DNA of 42,900 nucleotides from an uncultured Planctomycetia bacterium (GCA_964463445.1 CAYXBX010000001.1:1-42900), one strand, 5' to 3'; positions 1-12,224 are shown, counted from the stretch's first letter. The notes: a model not told the origin generated them from the sequence alone. Numbers and translations are program-made.

Positions 1-2678
1 TGGAAGGTAAGGCAATAAAACTTCATCCTTTGGTGTGTGCTCCCTTTAATGCTGACTTTGATGGTGACCAGATGGCTGTCCATGTTCCTTTATCTTTAGA
101 AGCTCAGGCTGAGGCAAAGATATTGATGCTTGCTGCCAATAATATTTTTTCTTCTGCCGATGGAAGGCCGATTATTACCCCTAGTCAGGATATAATTCTA
201 GGATGCAGGTTTTTAAGCGTAGAGAAGGAAGGGGCAAAAGGAGAGGGTATTGTTTTTTCTAATCCTGATGAAGCGATTACTGCTTATCAAGATGAGGAAG
301 TAGATTTGCACGCTAAGGTAAAGCTAAGAATAGAAGAGGATAATAAAACTAAGATAGTTGAAACAACTGTAGGAAGGATAATTTTTAATCAGATTTTACC
401 AAAAGGATTCAGATTTGTAAATGAAGTTCTTAACAAGAAGAAGATTTCTAACATTGTAAGTGAATGTTATAAAAAGTTTGGCCATCATGCTACCATTGTT
501 CTTCTTGATGATTTGAAAGACTTAGGTTTTGAGTATGCCACAAAGGGTGGAGTAAGTATAGGAATGGAAGATTTAAAAATCCCGCCCCAGAAAACTGATT
601 GTATAAAAGAGGCGAATACAGAACTTTCTAAGGTAGAAGAGCAGTATCGTCGGGGGATTATTACCGAGAGAGAGCGTCATAATAAGATTATTGATATATG
701 GACACGCACTACTGATAAGGTCTCTGATTATGTATTTCAGAATCTTGACTTTTTTAATCCCATTTTTATGATGGCAGATTCAGGTGCAAGAGGTTCGCGT
801 CTTCAGATGCGTCAGCTTGCTGGAATGCGGGGGCTTATGGCAAAACCCTCAGGAGAGATTATTGAAACCCCTATTACTTCCAACTTTCGTGAAGGGTTAA
901 GTGTGTTGGAATATTTTATTTCTACCCATGGAGCAAGAAAAGGTCTTGCTGATACTGCTTTAAAGACTGCCGATGCAGGATATTTAACAAGAAGGCTTGT
1001 TGATGTTGCTCAAGAAGTGATTGTTATTGAGGATGATTGTGGGACAGTTAACGGGATTACAGTTTCTGAGATTGTAGAAGGTGATGAAGTAGTAGTTTCT
1101 CTAAAAGAAAGGATTGTTGGCAGGGTAGCTTTGGATAATATTGTAGATATAGTGAGCGATGAAATAATTGTAAAAGCAGGAGAAGAGATTATAGAGGAAA
1201 AGGCAGAGAAGATTGAAAAGCTTGGGATTGAGAAAATAAGGATAAGAAGTGTTCTTACCTGTGAATCAGAAAGGGGCGTGTGTAGAAAGTGTTATGGTAG
1301 AAACTTAGCTACGGGCAAAATGGTTGAGATTGGAGAAGCGGTAGGAGTTATTGCAGCTCAATCAATAGGTGAGCCTGGAACCCAGCTTACTATGAGGACA
1401 TTTCATATTGGAGGAACAGCCTCAAGGATTGCAGAGAGGTCGTTTATCAAGGCAAGGGAATCAGGCATCGTCAAGTATCATGGGCTTAAGGTGGTTCCTA
1501 AGGGGAAAAATTTTGTTGTTCTTAATCGTAACGGTATGATCAGCATAAATGATGAGAAGGGGATAGAACTTCAAAGAAACCCTATACCTCAAGGATCATT
1601 CATTCTTGTTGGAGACGGAGAAAGAATTGATAAGGATAAAATTTTTGTTCGGTGGGATCCTTATTCTTCGCCAATTCTTACTGAGGTTAGTGGTAAGGTG
1701 AAATATGAGGATGTAATTGAAGGTATAACTATACAAGAGGAAATGAACTTAGCAACAGGAAGAAAAGAAAGGGTTGTAATTGAGTTTAAAGGAGATTATC
1801 ATCCACAGATTCTTATCCTTTCTGATAAAGATGAGGTTTTAGGAATTTATCCTGTTCCTACAGGAGCGCATATCATGGTAGAGGAGAAAGATAAGGTTGA
1901 GGCCGGTGACGTTATTGCTAAGACACCTCGTCTGGTAGCAAAGACAAGAGATATTACAGGAGGTTTGCCCCGCGTAGCAGAGCTTTTTGAGGCACGTCGG
2001 CCTAAGAATCCCGCTGTGATTAGTGAAATAGATGGTTTTGTAGAGTTTAAAGAAGAAAAAGGGGAAAGAAAAATAATCGTGAGAAGCCCCACAGGCATGA
2101 AGAGAGAATATGCTATTCCTATAGGTACACATCCTATAGTTTATAAGGGAGATAAAGTTACTGCTGGTCAGCAGCTTACAGAGGGGCCTATTGTTTTACA
2201 AGATATCTTGCGTGTTTGCGGAGATAAGGTGTTACAGGAGTATTTGGTGAATGAGATTCAGGAAATATATCGCTTGCAGGGTGTAAGCATAAATGATAAG
2301 CATATTGAGCTGATTATCAGGGAGATGCTTAAGAAAGTTAAAATTGTTGACGCCGGCGATACAAGCTTTTTGCCTGGCGAAGCAGTAGATAAATGGGATT
2401 TTAAGAAGGAGAATGCACGTGTTCTTAAGAAGGGAGGAAAACCCGCTACAGCTGCTCCTTTACTTTTAGGAATAACAAAAGCGAGTTTAAACACCAAGAG
2501 CTTTATTTCTGCTGCAAGTTTTCAGGAGACTACCCGTGTTTTAACGGATGCAGCAAGTAGCGGTAAAGTTGATGAGCTTAAAGGTTTAAAGGAAAATGTA
2601 ATTGTGGGTCATCTTGTTCCAGCAGGGACAGGATTAAAGAAGTACCGGGAAGTTGAGGTGGAAAAATGCCAACAATAG
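1..2678 (+). CDS. rpoC: DNA-directed RNA polymerase subunit beta-prime, 5'-truncated by the window edge
   Basis: The reading frame is open to the window start (codon phase from nt 3). The catalytic Mg-binding motif NADFDGDQM lies at nt 48-74, followed by a long conserved beta-prime C-terminal region. rpsL-rpsG-fusA-tuf follow downstream. Confidence 0.97.
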   Translation, partial: EGKAIKLHPLVCAPFNADFDGDQMAVHVPLSLEAQAEAKILMLAANNIFSSADGRPIITPSQDIILGCRFLSVEKEGAKGEGIVFSNPDEAITAYQDEEVDLHAKVKLRIEEDNKTKIVETTVGRIIFNQILPKGFRFVNEVLNKKKISNIVSECYKKFGHHATIVLLDDLKDLGFEYATKGGVSIGMEDLKIPPQKTDCIKEANTELSKVEEQYRRGIITERERHNKIIDIWTRTTDKVSDYVFQNLDFFNPIFMMADSGARGSRLQMRQLAGMRGLMAKPSGEIIETPITSNFREGLSVLEYFISTHGARKGLADTALKTADAGYLTRRLVDVAQEVIVIEDDCGTVNGITVSEIVEGDEVVVSLKERIVGRVALDNIVDIVSDEIIVKAGEEIIEEKAEKIEKLGIEKIRIRSVLTCESERGVCRKCYGRNLATGKMVEIGEAVGVIAAQSIGEPGTQLTMRTFHIGGTASRIAERSFIKARESGIVKYHGLKVVPKGKNFVVLNRNGMISINDEKGIELQRNPIPQGSFILVGDGERIDKDKIFVRWDPYSSPILTEVSGKVKYEDVIEGITIQEEMNLATGRKERVVIEFKGDYHPQILILSDKDEVLGIYPVPTGAHIMVEEKDKVEAGDVIAKTPRLVAKTRDITGGLPRVAELFEARRPKNPAVISEIDGFVEFKEEKGERKIIVRSPTGMKREYAIPIGTHPIVYKGDKVTAGQQLTEGPIVLQDILRVCGDKVLQEYLVNEIQEIYRLQGVSINDKHIELIIREMLKKVKIVDAGDTSFLPGEAVDKWDFKKENARVLKKGGKPATAAPLLLGITKASLNTKSFISAASFQETTRVLTDAASSGKVDELKGLKENVIVGHLVPAGTGLKKYREVEVEKCQQ

Positions 2679-3040
2679 GCCAGTTATTACGAAAACCAAG
2701 AGTTCCCAAAAAGAGGAAGTCTAAATCGCCAGCTTTAAGAATGTGCCCTCAGAAAAGAGGAGTATGTATTCAGGTAAGAACAATGACTCCTAAGAAACCT
2801 AATTCTGCTTTGCGTAAGATTGCCCGTTTAAGGCTTACTAATTCTGAAGAGGTGACTGCTTATATCCCGGGGGAAGGGCACAACCTTCAGGAACATTCTA
2901 TTGTATTAGTCAGAGGGGGAAGAGTTAAGGATCTTCCTGGTGTTCGTTATCATATTGTAAGAGGGACATTGGATACCCAAGGTGTTCAAAATAGAAAAAA
3001 ATCTCGGTCTAAGTATGGAACAAAGAGACCCAAAGGATAA
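2666..3040 (+). CDS. rpsL: 30S ribosomal protein S12
   Basis: 124 aa with [10 protein letters not shown] and [14 protein letters not shown] motifs. It overlaps the rpoC stop by 13 nt. Confidence 0.98.
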   Translation: MPTIGQLLRKPRVPKKRKSKSPALRMCPQKRGVCIQVRTMTPKKPNSALRKIARLRLTNSEEVTAYIPGEGHNLQEHSIVLVRGGRVKDLPGVRYHIVRGTLDTQGVQNRKKSRSKYGTKRPKG

Positions 3041-3055
3041 TAATGGAGGGTTAAG

Positions 3056-3523
3056 ATGAGAAGAAGAAGGGCACCAAAAAGAGAAGTTATTCCTGACCCT
3101 AAGTATAACTCTGAAGTCTTAAGCCATTTTATAAATATTATTATGCGAGATGGTAAAAAGAGTGTTGCTCAGAGAATAATCTATGAAGCTTTAGATACCG
3201 TAGAGAAAAAAACTAAAGAAGATGCTTTAAAGGTATTTTTTGATGCTTTAGAGAATGCCCGGCCGCGTCTTCAGGTTAAGCCTCGTCGCATTGGAGGGGC
3301 AACTTATCAGGTTCCTGTGGAGGTTTCTAAGCAGAGAGGAATTTCTATAGCTCTAAGGTGGATGAGGGACTTTGCTCGTAATAAAAAAGGCAAACCGATG
3401 AGTGTAAAGATTGCTGATGAGATAATTTCTGCTTATAAGAATGAGGGGGCAGTAATAAAGAAGAAAGAAGATACTCACAAAATGGCAGAGTCAAACAGGG
3501 CTTTTGCTCATTTTAGATTTTAA
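3056..3523 (+). CDS. rpsG: 30S ribosomal protein S7
   Basis: 155 aa, S7-like core (RRIGGATYQVPVEV). GGAGGG lies upstream. Canonical position between rpsL and fusA. Confidence 0.97.
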   Translation: MRRRRAPKREVIPDPKYNSEVLSHFINIIMRDGKKSVAQRIIYEALDTVEKKTKEDALKVFFDALENARPRLQVKPRRIGGATYQVPVEVSKQRGISIALRWMRDFARNKKGKPMSVKIADEIISAYKNEGAVIKKKEDTHKMAESNRAFAHFRF

Positions 3524-3604
3524 AGATAGATGGGCTACACAGGTGTGAAAGTAGGTAACGTAGGTAATAAACAAAATTTAGACAGTTGTAGTATAAATAA
3601 AGAG

Positions 3605-5659
3605 ATGTCTGAAATAGAATTTATAAGAAATATTGGTTTTGTTGCCCATATAGATGCGGGTAAGACTACAACTACTGAAAGGGTGCTTTTTTATAGCGGA
3701 AGAGTTTACAGGATTGGTGAAGTAGACGATGGTACTGCTACTACCGATTGGATGCAGCAAGAGAAAGAAAGGGGTATTACTATAACGAGTGCGGCAACTT
3801 ACTGTCGCTGGAAAGACTATAATGTCAATATTATTGATACGCCTGGACATATAGATTTTACTGTTGAGGTGGAGCGCGCTCTTAAAGTTTTAGATGGAGC
3901 AGTTATAATTTTCTGTGGGGTAGGTGGAGTAGAGCCTCAGTCAGAGACAGTGTGGCGCCAGGCAGATAAATACAAAGTTTCGCGTATCGCTTTTGTGAAT
4001 AAGATGGATAGAGCAGGGGCAGATTTATTATCAGTAGTGGAAGAGATGAGGGATAAGCTGGGGGCAAATGCTGCTGCTGTTCAGTTTCCTATATATGAAG
4101 ATGATGAACTTAAAGGGATAGTAGATGTTATAAGAAACGAAGCTGTGTATTATGAGGATGATTTAGGCGAAAAGATGGTAAGAAAACCGGTGCCTTCTTC
4201 TCTCTCCGAAGTCATTACTAAGTTGAGAGACGAGCTTATAGAAAGGCTCGCTGAGCTTGACGATGAGTTTATGGATAAGTTTATTAATCATAAAGAGCTT
4301 AAAGAGAGTGATTTTATTAAGACAATTCGTAAGTATGTTTTGAAGAATAAATTTTATCCAGTTTTATGTGGTTCTGCTCTGAAGAATAAAGGGATTCAGC
4401 TTCTTTTGGATGCCATATGTGATTTTCTACCCTCACCCGCTGATTTGAAGGTTGTTAAAGGGTTGCATCCTGTAAAAGGTGAAATTGAAGAAATAGAAGT
4501 AAGTCCTAAAGCCCCTTTCTGTGCTTTGTGTTTTAAGGTTTTTACTGACCCTTTTGTGGGCAAGCTTTTCTATACAAGAGTGTATGCTGGTAAAATTAAC
4601 ACTTCTTCAATTGTGTACAATGCAGCAAAGAAAAGCAAAGAAAAGATAACGAAGATTGTCAGGATGCATGCCAACAAACAAGAGATTATAAATCAAGCCA
4701 AAGCCGGCGATATTGTTTGTCTTGTAGGATTAAAAGAAACCACTACAGGCGATACTTTATGTGACCCCAAATACCCTTTGCTTTTGGAGGAAATGAAGTT
4801 TCCCGAACCGGTTGTTTCTTTGGCTATTGAGCCCAAAACAAAAGCAGACCAGGACAAATTATTTATGGCTTTAAAAAAGCTGGAGGCAGAAGACCCTTCT
4901 TTTAAAGTGTCTTATAACTCCGATACTGGTCAGAATATCATTTCAGGAATGGGCCAGCTCCATTTAGAAGTGATGGTGGAAAGGTTGCTTAGCGATTTTA
5001 GAGTCAAAGCCAGAGTGGGTAATCCACAGGTTGCCTATAAAGAAACAATTACAAAACGAGTAGAGTCGGTAGGTAAGTTTGTTCAGCAAACAGGCGGAAG
5101 GGGTCAGTATGGGCATGTTGTTTTGCTTATGGAGCCGAATAAAAAAGGAGGCGTTGTTTTTGAAAATAAGATTAAGGGAGGAGCTATTCCGCGTGATTTT
5201 ATTCCTTCAGTTAAGGAGGGAGTGTTTAATGCTGCTAACGCAGGAATTCTCGGAGGGTACTCTGTTACAGACGTAAAGGTTACACTGATTGATGGCTCTT
5301 ATCATGAGGTTGATTCTAGTGAGCTTGCTTTTAAGGTTGCTGCTGAAATCGCTTTTAAAGATGGTTTAAAGAGAGCAGGGTCAGTCTTACTTGAGCCAAT
5401 AATGGATTTAGAGGTGGTAACTCCCTTGGAGTATTTAAGTCAGGTGATTGCTGATTTGAATGTAAGAAGAGCAAAGATTACTTCCATTGCTGATAGAAAA
5501 AATGTTAAGGCAATAAGGGCAGAGGTGCCTCTGCGTGAAGTTTTTAACTACGCAGATGTGTTAAGAAACTTGACACAAGGCAGAGCTTCTTATACAATAG
5601 AGCCTTTCTACTACGAAGAGGTGCCAAAGGAGATATTAGTAAAGATATTAGGAACATAA
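3605..5659 (+). CDS. fusA: Elongation factor G
   Basis: G-domain motifs [17 protein letters not shown] and NKMDR, with full EF-G domain order. The ORF track starts at ATG 3530. I prefer ATG 3605 ([11 protein letters not shown]...) because EF-G homologues begin about 10 aa before the P-loop. The 5' end is uncertain. Confidence 0.93.
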   Translation: MSEIEFIRNIGFVAHIDAGKTTTTERVLFYSGRVYRIGEVDDGTATTDWMQQEKERGITITSAATYCRWKDYNVNIIDTPGHIDFTVEVERALKVLDGAVIIFCGVGGVEPQSETVWRQADKYKVSRIAFVNKMDRAGADLLSVVEEMRDKLGANAAAVQFPIYEDDELKGIVDVIRNEAVYYEDDLGEKMVRKPVPSSLSEVITKLRDELIERLAELDDEFMDKFINHKELKESDFIKTIRKYVLKNKFYPVLCGSALKNKGIQLLLDAICDFLPSPADLKVVKGLHPVKGEIEEIEVSPKAPFCALCFKVFTDPFVGKLFYTRVYAGKINTSSIVYNAAKKSKEKITKIVRMHANKQEIINQAKAGDIVCLVGLKETTTGDTLCDPKYPLLLEEMKFPEPVVSLAIEPKTKADQDKLFMALKKLEAEDPSFKVSYNSDTGQNIISGMGQLHLEVMVERLLSDFRVKARVGNPQVAYKETITKRVESVGKFVQQTGGRGQYGHVVLLMEPNKKGGVVFENKIKGGAIPRDFIPSVKEGVFNAANAGILGGYSVTDVKVTLIDGSYHEVDSSELAFKVAAEIAFKDGLKRAGSVLLEPIMDLEVVTPLEYLSQVIADLNVRRAKITSIADRKNVKAIRAEVPLREVFNYADVLRNLTQGRASYTIEPFYYEEVPKEILVKILGT

Positions 5660-5672
5660 TAGGAGGTGGAGG

Positions 5673-6875
5673 ATGGGAAAAGAAAAATTTGTAAGGAGTA
5701 AGCCTCATTTAAACATTGGGACCATTGGTCATGTTGACCATGGTAAAACTACTCTTACCAGTGCTATTACAAAGATTCTCGCTACCAGGGGTAAAGCCCA
5801 GGCTTTAGCTTATGAGGATATTGATAAGGCACCCGAAGAGAAAGAGAGAGGTTTAACAATTAATATATCTCACGTAGAGTATGAAACAGATAACCGGCAT
5901 TATGCTCACATTGATTGTCCTGGTCATGCCGATTACATTAAGAATATGATTACAGGTGCTGCTCAGATGGATGGTTCTATACTCGTTGTTGCTGCTACAG
6001 ATGGCCCTATGCCTCAAACTCGCGAGCATATACTCTTATCACGGCAAGTTAATGTTCCTGCTATTGTTGTGTTTGTTAATAAAGTTGACCAGGTAGACGA
6101 TAAAGAACTCATTGACTTAGTTGAGGTTGAAGTAAGGGACCTTCTTTCTAAGTATGAGTTTCCTGGTGATGAAGTGCCAGTGATTAAGGGGTCAGCGCTA
6201 GAGGCGATGGGATGTGGTTGTGGAAAAGAGGATTGCCCTAAATGTAAGCCGATTCTTGATCTTATGAAAGCTGTTGATGAATATATTCCTACACCGAAGA
6301 GAGATATAGATAAGCCTTTTCTTATGGCGGTTGAAGATGTCTTTTCCATCTCCGGAAGAGGAACAGTGGTTACTGGAAGAATAGAGAGAGGAAAGATTAA
6401 GACTGGCGAAGAGATAGAGATTGTGGGTTTAGCTCCTGAAACAAAGAAAACAGTAGTTACTGGGGTTGAAATGTTCAGGAAAACCCTTGATGAAGGAGTA
6501 GCAGGAGACAATGTAGGTCTACTCTTAAGAGGAGTAGAAAAGGAAGAGGTAGAAAGAGGAATGGTAGTGGCTGCTCCCGGGTCTATAACTCCTCATACTA
6601 AGTTTAAAGCGCAGATTTATGCTTTAAAGAAAGAAGAAGGAGGAAGGCATACTCCATTCTTTAGTGGCTACAGACCGCAGTTTTATATAAGGACAACCGA
6701 TGTAACAGGGACAATCAAGCTTCCTCAGGGTATGGAGATGGTTATGCCAGGAGATAATGCTGAGGTTGAGGTAGAACTTATCCAGCCTGTAGCTATTGAG
6801 AAGGAAATGCGTTTTGCTATCCGTGAAGGAGGCAGAACCGTAGGTGCAGGAGTAGTGACAGAGATATTGCAATAG
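5673..6875 (+). CDS. tuf: Elongation factor Tu
   Basis: 400 aa with [17 protein letters not shown] and NKVD motifs. AGGAGGTGGAGG lies upstream. Confidence 0.98.
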   Translation: MGKEKFVRSKPHLNIGTIGHVDHGKTTLTSAITKILATRGKAQALAYEDIDKAPEEKERGLTINISHVEYETDNRHYAHIDCPGHADYIKNMITGAAQMDGSILVVAATDGPMPQTREHILLSRQVNVPAIVVFVNKVDQVDDKELIDLVEVEVRDLLSKYEFPGDEVPVIKGSALEAMGCGCGKEDCPKCKPILDLMKAVDEYIPTPKRDIDKPFLMAVEDVFSISGRGTVVTGRIERGKIKTGEEIEIVGLAPETKKTVVTGVEMFRKTLDEGVAGDNVGLLLRGVEKEEVERGMVVAAPGSITPHTKFKAQIYALKKEEGGRHTPFFSGYRPQFYIRTTDVTGTIKLPQGMEMVMPGDNAEVEVELIQPVAIEKEMRFAIREGGRTVGAGVVTEILQ

Positions 6876-6905
6876 TAACACAATAGAAGTAATACCACGT
6901 AAAGT

Positions 6906-7214
6906 ATGCTTAAAATAAGAATAAAACTAAGAGCGTTTGACCATAGGATTCTTGACCAATCTGTGCAGGAGATTACAGATGTGGCTTTACGTACAGGTGC
7001 AAAAGTTAAAGGTCCCATTCCTCTACCTACTAAAAAGAAAATTTATACGGTTTTACGCTCTACAAACATAGATAAGAAGTCAAGAGAGCAATTTATGTTG
7101 GCAGTACATAAAAGGGTTATTGACTTAGATAACCCTACTGCAAAAACAATTGATGCGCTTCGTAAACTTAATCTTCCTGCAGGAGTTAATGTAGAGATAA
7201 AACAGGAAGTATAG
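6906..7214 (+). CDS. rpsJ: 30S ribosomal protein S10
   Basis: 102 aa with an [14 protein letters not shown] start typical of S10. First gene of the S10 block. Confidence 0.97.
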   Translation: MLKIRIKLRAFDHRILDQSVQEITDVALRTGAKVKGPIPLPTKKKIYTVLRSTNIDKKSREQFMLAVHKRVIDLDNPTAKTIDALRKLNLPAGVNVEIKQEV

Positions 7215-7276
7215 AAATAAGAGAGTAAGAAAAAAGGCAAAGAGAGGGTGAATTTTTGTCCCAACGTTAGGAAGAG

Positions 7277-7909
7277 ATGATAAAAGAAGCTTTAGGGAAA
7301 AAATTAGGTATGACGCAAGTTTTTGACGAGAGAGCTAGTTTAGTAGCTACAACAGTCATAAAAGTTGACCCTATGTGTGTGCTGGAGAAGGTTTCTTACC
7401 CTAAAGGCGTAAAAGCAAAGATTGGCTATTTTAAAATTACTTCTTCAAAGCAGAACAAGGTTAAGAAACCCATCCTGGGATATTTTAAAAAATTAGGAGT
7501 TTCTCCTTACCGTGTCATTAAAGAAGTGGATATAGAGGACGAGGATGGTCTTAAGTTAAAAGAGGAAATAGGTATAGATATATTTAAAGAAGGAGATATC
7601 GTAGATGTGCGTGCTAAGTCAAAAGGTAAGGGGTTTCAAGGAGGAATGAAGCGTCATAACTGGCGAGGTCAGCCTCGAACACATGGTTCTACGACACATC
7701 GTCGCATTGGTTCAGCAGGGGCTACCACTTTTCCTGGCAGAATTGTAAAAGGACATAGAATGCCAGGGCACATGGGCGATTCTTATACTACTATTAGGAA
7801 CCTTAAGATACTTAAGGTTGATGTTGATAAGGGAATATTGTATATAAAAGGGGCAGTTCCTGGTGCTATCAATAGCATTGTTGTTATAAAGAAACGCAAG
7901 AGCACATGA
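7277..7909 (+). CDS. rplC: 50S ribosomal protein L3
   Basis: 210 aa with a KGKGFQGGMKRHNW motif. Conserved gene order. Confidence 0.96.
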   Translation: MIKEALGKKLGMTQVFDERASLVATTVIKVDPMCVLEKVSYPKGVKAKIGYFKITSSKQNKVKKPILGYFKKLGVSPYRVIKEVDIEDEDGLKLKEEIGIDIFKEGDIVDVRAKSKGKGFQGGMKRHNWRGQPRTHGSTTHRRIGSAGATTFPGRIVKGHRMPGHMGDSYTTIRNLKILKVDVDKGILYIKGAVPGAINSIVVIKKRKST

Positions 7910-8544
7910 AGAAAATAGACGTATACAACCAGGAAGGGAAGAAGATAAAAACTGTTGAGCTTGATGAAAAGGTATTCGATGGTAAGGTGGATGAGGTTGT
8001 TCTTCATCAGGCAGTAGTTACTTTCTTGGCTAACCAGAGAAAAGGGTTGGCGAAGACAAAAAAAAGAGGAGAAGTAAGAGGAGGGGGTACTAAGCCCTGG
8101 AGACAGAAAGGGACAGGTCGAGCGCGTGTAGGTTCCATCCGTTCTCCTTTATGGCGTGGAGGAGGTATAACTTTTGGTCCTCAGCCTCGTGAGTATTCCA
8201 AAAATATGCCACGGCGAATGAAAATACGGGCTTTAAAAAGCGCTCTTAACGCCAAACTTAAAGATGGCAAAATAATGATTGTAGATACGATTGAGGTCAA
8301 AGAGCCAAAAACCAAGTTTTTGTTTGAAATATTAAAGAAGCTTAAGCTCGATGACACAAAAACTGTTTTTGTAGCAGATACAATAAACGAGAATATGAAG
8401 TTATCTTCTAGAAATCTGAAACGATTTGAATACGAAAAAGCAGATAATTTAAGCTCTTATGCAGCATTAAATTGCAAAAAGCTGCTTTTTACTCTGGATG
8501 CCTTCAAGAAAACAGAGGAGAGGATTAAGAAATGGCTGGATTGA
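7906..8544 (+). CDS. rplD: 50S ribosomal protein L4
   Basis: 212 aa with a RQKGTGRARVGSIRSPLWRGGG motif. 4-nt overlap with rplC. Confidence 0.96.
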   Translation: MKKIDVYNQEGKKIKTVELDEKVFDGKVDEVVLHQAVVTFLANQRKGLAKTKKRGEVRGGGTKPWRQKGTGRARVGSIRSPLWRGGGITFGPQPREYSKNMPRRMKIRALKSALNAKLKDGKIMIVDTIEVKEPKTKFLFEILKKLKLDDTKTVFVADTINENMKLSSRNLKRFEYEKADNLSSYAALNCKKLLFTLDAFKKTEERIKKWLD

Positions 8545-8822
8545 GCAATGTTTATATGTCAATTAAATCTCCGTTAATTACAGAAAAGGCAACTAAGTTG
8601 TCTGCTCAGAATAAATATGTCTTCTGGGTAGACAAAAGGAGCAACAGGGTTGAGGTGAAAAGAGCTATAGAAGCTATTTATAAAGTTAGGGTAGCAAAAG
8701 TAAATATCATTAATATGAAAGGTAAGACAAAAAGGTTGCGTTGGAATCAGGAGGGAAGAACTCCTGCATGGAAGAAAGCAATTGTTACTTTGCGAGAAGG
8801 AGATACTATAAAGATTACTTGA
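8532..8822 (+). CDS. rplW: 50S ribosomal protein L23
   Basis: L23-like (PLITEKA..., KVNIIN). An alternative start at ATG 8556 (MSIKSPL...) is possible. Conserved gene order. Confidence 0.93.
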   Translation: MAGLSNVYMSIKSPLITEKATKLSAQNKYVFWVDKRSNRVEVKRAIEAIYKVRVAKVNIINMKGKTKRLRWNQEGRTPAWKKAIVTLREGDTIKIT

Positions 8823-8823
8823 T

Positions 8824-9669
8824 ATGGGAGTAAAGAAGTTTAAACCAGTGACGTCGGGCTTGCGTTTTAGGGTAATTTCTGATTTTTCTGAGATTACGAA
8901 GGATAAACCTTGTAAGTCTTTGGTAGTCCCTCTTAAAAAAACAGGAGGAAGGAATAACTACGGCCGGATTACCTTAAGACACAGAGGAGGGGGGCATAAA
9001 AGAAGATACAGGATTGTTGATTTTAAAAGAGATAGGTTTGATGAGGAAGCATTGGTTTTATCTATAGAGTATGACCCCAACAGAAGTGCAAGGATAGCAT
9101 TGGTAGAGTATCCTGATAAAGAAAAAAGATACATTATATGGCCCGATGGACTAAAGGTGGGAGATAAGGTTGTAAGTGCTTTTGATTCGCAGATTGATAT
9201 AAGACCCGGCAATGCCATGAGGTTAAAGCATATTCCTTTGGGTACAATAGTGCATAATATTGAGTTAGAACCTAATCGGGGTGCTAAGCTGGTTAGAAGC
9301 GCAGGAAGCTGGGCACAGCTTATGGCTAAAGAAAGAGGATTTGCCCAGCTTAAGATGCCTTCAGGAGAAGTTCGTCTTGTTAAAGTGGATTGTCGGGCTA
9401 CTGTAGGACAGGTAGGAAATATTGAGAATAATTCTATTGTGCACGGTAAAGCAGGTAGAGTGCGCTGGTTAGGAAGAAGGCCTAAGGTAAGAGGGGTAGC
9501 AATGAACCCTGTAGACCATCCACATGGAGGTGGTGAGGGTAAAGCAGGGCAGGGCAATCCTCATCCTGTAAGTCCGTGGGGTAAGCCAGCTAAAGGAGGG
9601 AAAACCAGAAGGCCTAAGAATAAGAGTAATAAGTATATACTAAAACGCCGAGGTAAAAAGAGAAGGTAA
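8824..9669 (+). CDS. rplB: 50S ribosomal protein L2
   Basis: 281 aa with RHRGGGHKR and HPHGGGEGK motifs. Confidence 0.98.
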   Translation: MGVKKFKPVTSGLRFRVISDFSEITKDKPCKSLVVPLKKTGGRNNYGRITLRHRGGGHKRRYRIVDFKRDRFDEEALVLSIEYDPNRSARIALVEYPDKEKRYIIWPDGLKVGDKVVSAFDSQIDIRPGNAMRLKHIPLGTIVHNIELEPNRGAKLVRSAGSWAQLMAKERGFAQLKMPSGEVRLVKVDCRATVGQVGNIENNSIVHGKAGRVRWLGRRPKVRGVAMNPVDHPHGGGEGKAGQGNPHPVSPWGKPAKGGKTRRPKNKSNKYILKRRGKKRR

Positions 9670-9684
9670 ATAACGAGGAGAACA

Positions 9685-9972
9685 ATGAGCAGGTCATTAA
9701 AGAAAGGTCCTTTTGTCGATGAGAAGTTGCTGAAGAAAGTAAAGAAGGCAAAAGAAAGTTCATCGCGGACACCTATAAAGACGTGGTCAAGGGCAAGTAT
9801 GATTACTCCGGAATTTGTAGGTCTGACCATTGCTGTTCATGACGGGAAAAAGCACGTTCCTGTTTTTATTACCGAGTCAATGGTGGGGCACCGTTTGGGT
9901 GAATTTGCTCCTACCCGAACATTTCGTCAACACGGAGGGATAAAAGCCAAGAAGGCATTGCAGAAAAAATAG
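9685..9972 (+). CDS. rpsS: 30S ribosomal protein S19
   Basis: 95 aa with SLKKGPFVD and HDGKKHVPV motifs. Confidence 0.97.
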   Translation: MSRSLKKGPFVDEKLLKKVKKAKESSSRTPIKTWSRASMITPEFVGLTIAVHDGKKHVPVFITESMVGHRLGEFAPTRTFRQHGGIKAKKALQKK

Positions 9973-9977
9973 TTATT

Positions 9978-10334
9978 ATGGTGGCAAAGGCAGAGGTAAA
10001 ATATATAAGAATTTCACCACGGAAGCTAAGGCTGGTACTTCCTCTTGTTAAGGGATTGCCTATAGAGGAAGCATTGGCAGTCTTAAAATCCGTTAATAAA
10101 AAAGGAGCATTCTATCTGGAGAAGACTCTGCGCTCGGCAATAGCGAATGCAAAGAATAAGGGGTTTCAGGAGAGTAGCCTTTTTGTTTCAAAAGCGATTG
10201 CTAACCCAGGTCCAGCATTAAAAAGATATCGCGCTGCTTCCTTTGGTCGCGCTACTATAATAAGGAAACGCACGTCACATCTTATGGTGGAGCTGGATAC
10301 TAAAGAAAAGATAATAGAAGAAACCAAGAGGTAG
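9978..10334 (+). CDS. rplV: 50S ribosomal protein L22
   Basis: 118 aa, L22-like (RISPRKLRLV). Conserved gene order. Confidence 0.95.
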   Translation: MVAKAEVKYIRISPRKLRLVLPLVKGLPIEEALAVLKSVNKKGAFYLEKTLRSAIANAKNKGFQESSLFVSKAIANPGPALKRYRAASFGRATIIRKRTSHLMVELDTKEKIIEETKR

Positions 10335-10336
10335 AG

Positions 10337-11005
10337 ATGGGACAAAAAGTTCACCCTTTTATTTTAAGAATAGGTTTCGGTAAAGACTGGCAGTCTCGGT
10401 GGTTTAGTGAGAAGAAAAAGACTTATGTTGAATTTTTAGATGAGGATTTAAAAATAAGAAATGTTATAAAAGATTTTTACACGTTAGGTTCTATCGCAAG
10501 CCTTGTCATTGAGAGAGTTTCCCCTACCCTTATAAGAATAAGGGTAAGAACGTCACGGCCAGGAGTGATTATTGGACGTGGAGGTAAAGACATTGAGAGG
10601 CTAAAGTCCAAGATTATCGATCTTACAAAGAAGGAAGTTATCATTGATGTTGAAGAGGTAATTGAGCCCGCTTTAGAGGCTCAGTTAGTAGCAGAGCTAA
10701 TTGCTTTTCAGATTATAAAGAGGGTTAATTTCCGCAGAGCGATGAAGCGTGCTATTCAACAGGCAGTAAATTTAGGATGTGAAGGTATAAAAGTGAGATG
10801 TTCAGGAAGATTAGGAGGAGTTGAAATTGCCCGTAGCGAGAGCTATAAGTATGGTAAAATCCCTCTTCAGACTTTTCGTGCTGACATAGATTATGGCTTT
10901 AGTGTAGCAAAGACTACGTATGGGACTATTGGAGTAAAAACGTGGATATATAAAGGCATAAAGCATTTAGGTAACTATTTGGTGAAAGAGGAAGAGGAGA
11001 AGTAG
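10337..11005 (+). CDS. rpsC: 30S ribosomal protein S3
   Basis: 222 aa with an MGQKVHP start and a KH-domain pattern ([12 protein letters not shown]). Confidence 0.97.
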   Translation: MGQKVHPFILRIGFGKDWQSRWFSEKKKTYVEFLDEDLKIRNVIKDFYTLGSIASLVIERVSPTLIRIRVRTSRPGVIIGRGGKDIERLKSKIIDLTKKEVIIDVEEVIEPALEAQLVAELIAFQIIKRVNFRRAMKRAIQQAVNLGCEGIKVRCSGRLGGVEIARSESYKYGKIPLQTFRADIDYGFSVAKTTYGTIGVKTWIYKGIKHLGNYLVKEEEEK

Positions 11006-11007
11006 GC

Positions 11008-11418
11008 GTGTTTTTACCGAAGAGAGTTAAGTATAGAAAGACACAGCGGGGTAGACGTAAAGGGCTTGCTGTAAGTGGTTCAGAGGTGAGCTTCGGTGAG
11101 TATGGCCTTAAAGCGTTAGGGTGTGGATGGCTTAAGAATACTCAAATAGAAGCTGCAAGGATAATTCTTACACGCCGTTTGCGTCGGGGCGGTAAACTGT
11201 GGATAAGGGTATTTCCCGACAAACCTGTTACAAAAAAGCCTGCTGAGTCACGCATGGGAAAAGGCAAAGGAGAGGTAGAAGGATGGGTTGCAGTTATAAG
11301 AAGAGGTATGATGCTTTTTGAAATGGGAGGGGTCTCAGAAGAATTTGCACGGGATTCCTTTCGTCTCGTAGCTTATAAACTACCTTTTAAAACCCGTTTT
11401 GTATTAAGAAGAAGATGA
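11008..11418 (+). CDS. rplP: 50S ribosomal protein L16
   Basis: 136 aa, GTG start, RMGKGKG motif. Confidence 0.96.
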   Translation: MFLPKRVKYRKTQRGRRKGLAVSGSEVSFGEYGLKALGCGWLKNTQIEAARIILTRRLRRGGKLWIRVFPDKPVTKKPAESRMGKGKGEVEGWVAVIRRGMMLFEMGGVSEEFARDSFRLVAYKLPFKTRFVLRRR

Positions 11419-11618
11419 AGGATAAGAATATAGAATACAAAAACTTAAGTAAGGAAGAGTTAGAGGCTAAGTTAGCGGACTTAAGGAAAAATCTTATGGA
11501 GCTAAGTTTCAAGAAGAAAACTTCTCATGTAGAAAAGCCGCATCTTTTTAAGAGGACAAAGAAAGATATTGCCAGAATTCTTACAATACTTAGGGAGAAA
11601 CAAAATGAAAGAGGTTAA
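11415..11618 (+). CDS. rpmC: 50S ribosomal protein L29
   Basis: 67 aa helical K/E-rich protein at the L29 position. 4-nt overlap with rplP. Confidence 0.92.
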   Translation: MKDKNIEYKNLSKEELEAKLADLRKNLMELSFKKKTSHVEKPHLFKRTKKDIARILTILREKQNERG

Positions 11619-11859
11619 AAAAAGAAGAAAAAGAATTTTAGAGGGGATAGTGGTTTCCGATAAGATGGATAAGACCATTGTTGTTGAAGTAAGAAGGAAG
11701 TTTCTCCACCATCTTTATAAAAAGACAGTTACAAAGAGAAAGAAATTCAAAGCTCATGATGAGAAGAATGAAGCTAAGGTTGGGGATAGGGTTAAGATAA
11801 TAGAGTCTCGTCCCTATTCTAAAGAGAAAAAGTTTAATCTTCTTGAGGTGGTAAAGTGA
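11605..11859 (+). CDS. rpsQ: 30S ribosomal protein S17
   Basis: S17 core [15 protein letters not shown] chose ATG 11605 (AGGGAG lies 7-12 nt upstream) rather than the ORF-track ATG 11569, which would add a non-homologous extension. Confidence 0.93.
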   Translation: MKEVKKRRKRILEGIVVSDKMDKTIVVEVRRKFLHHLYKKTVTKRKKFKAHDEKNEAKVGDRVKIIESRPYSKEKKFNLLEVVK

Positions 11860-12224
11860 TATATATTCGTAGTGTATTAGATGTAGCAGACAATACAGGA
11901 GCTAAGAAGGTAGCCTGTATAGGGGTTATTGGCAAGAAAAATAAAAAACAGGCTAATATAGCAGATGTGGTTACCTGCCATGTCAGGGAGATTTCTGGGA
12001 AGGATAGCCAGATAAAAAAAGGAGAAGTGGTAAGAGCTGTTATTGTAAGGACTTCTCATCCTATAAAAAGAGATGATGGCGTGCGCGTAAAATTTGATAG
12101 AAATGCCTGTGTTATCATTGATAAGCAGGGTAATCCACGAGGTACAAGAGTGTTTGGCCCTGTAGCGAGGGAATTAAGAGAAAAGTTTGGGAAAATTATA
12201 TCTTTAGCCCCTGAGGTGGTCTGA
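11856..12224 (+). CDS. rplN: 50S ribosomal protein L14
   Basis: 122 aa, GTG start, VADNTGAK motif. Confidence 0.97.
   Translation: MIYIRSVLDVADNTGAKKVACIGVIGKKNKKQANIADVVTCHVREISGKDSQIKKGEVVRAVIVRTSHPIKRDDGVRVKFDRNACVIIDKQGNPRGTRVFGPVARELREKFGKIISLAPEVV

Noticed and set aside
3530-3604. N-terminal extensions implied by the longest-ORF starts: fusA 3530, rpsQ 11569, rplE 12508, rpsN 13022, small dehydratase subunit 23920, ACT 36496, rpsU 41828 (TTG) and anti-sigma 42431 (TTG).
   Set aside because: The extensions overlap the preceding gene or promoter elements, lack SD sequences and add residues absent from the conserved N-termini of these families. Internal starts with proper SD or coupling were used instead. 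The fusA choice is the least certain.
7215-7276. The 62-nt gap between rpsJ and rplC, the largest in the ribosomal block, as a possible internal regulatory leader or promoter.
   Set aside because: I could find no convincing -35/-10 pair or stable hairpin. The purine-rich sequence ends in a plausible SD (AGGAAGAG) for rplC, so it is probably just a spacer.
8958-9557. Long antisense ORFs in the ORF track that overlap conserved genes. Examples are 8958-9557(-), 6014-6511(-), 14015-14560(-), 32155-32658(-), 36282-36821(-), 38139-38672(-), 1839-2132(-), 27275-27649(-), and all the 60-100 aa minus-strand ORFs inside the ribosomal block.
   Set aside because: Each lies fully inside a strongly supported + strand gene and has no SD. 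Their composition is low-complexity or Ser/Leu/Pro-rich, as expected from reading conserved genes antisense. None resembles a family I recognise.
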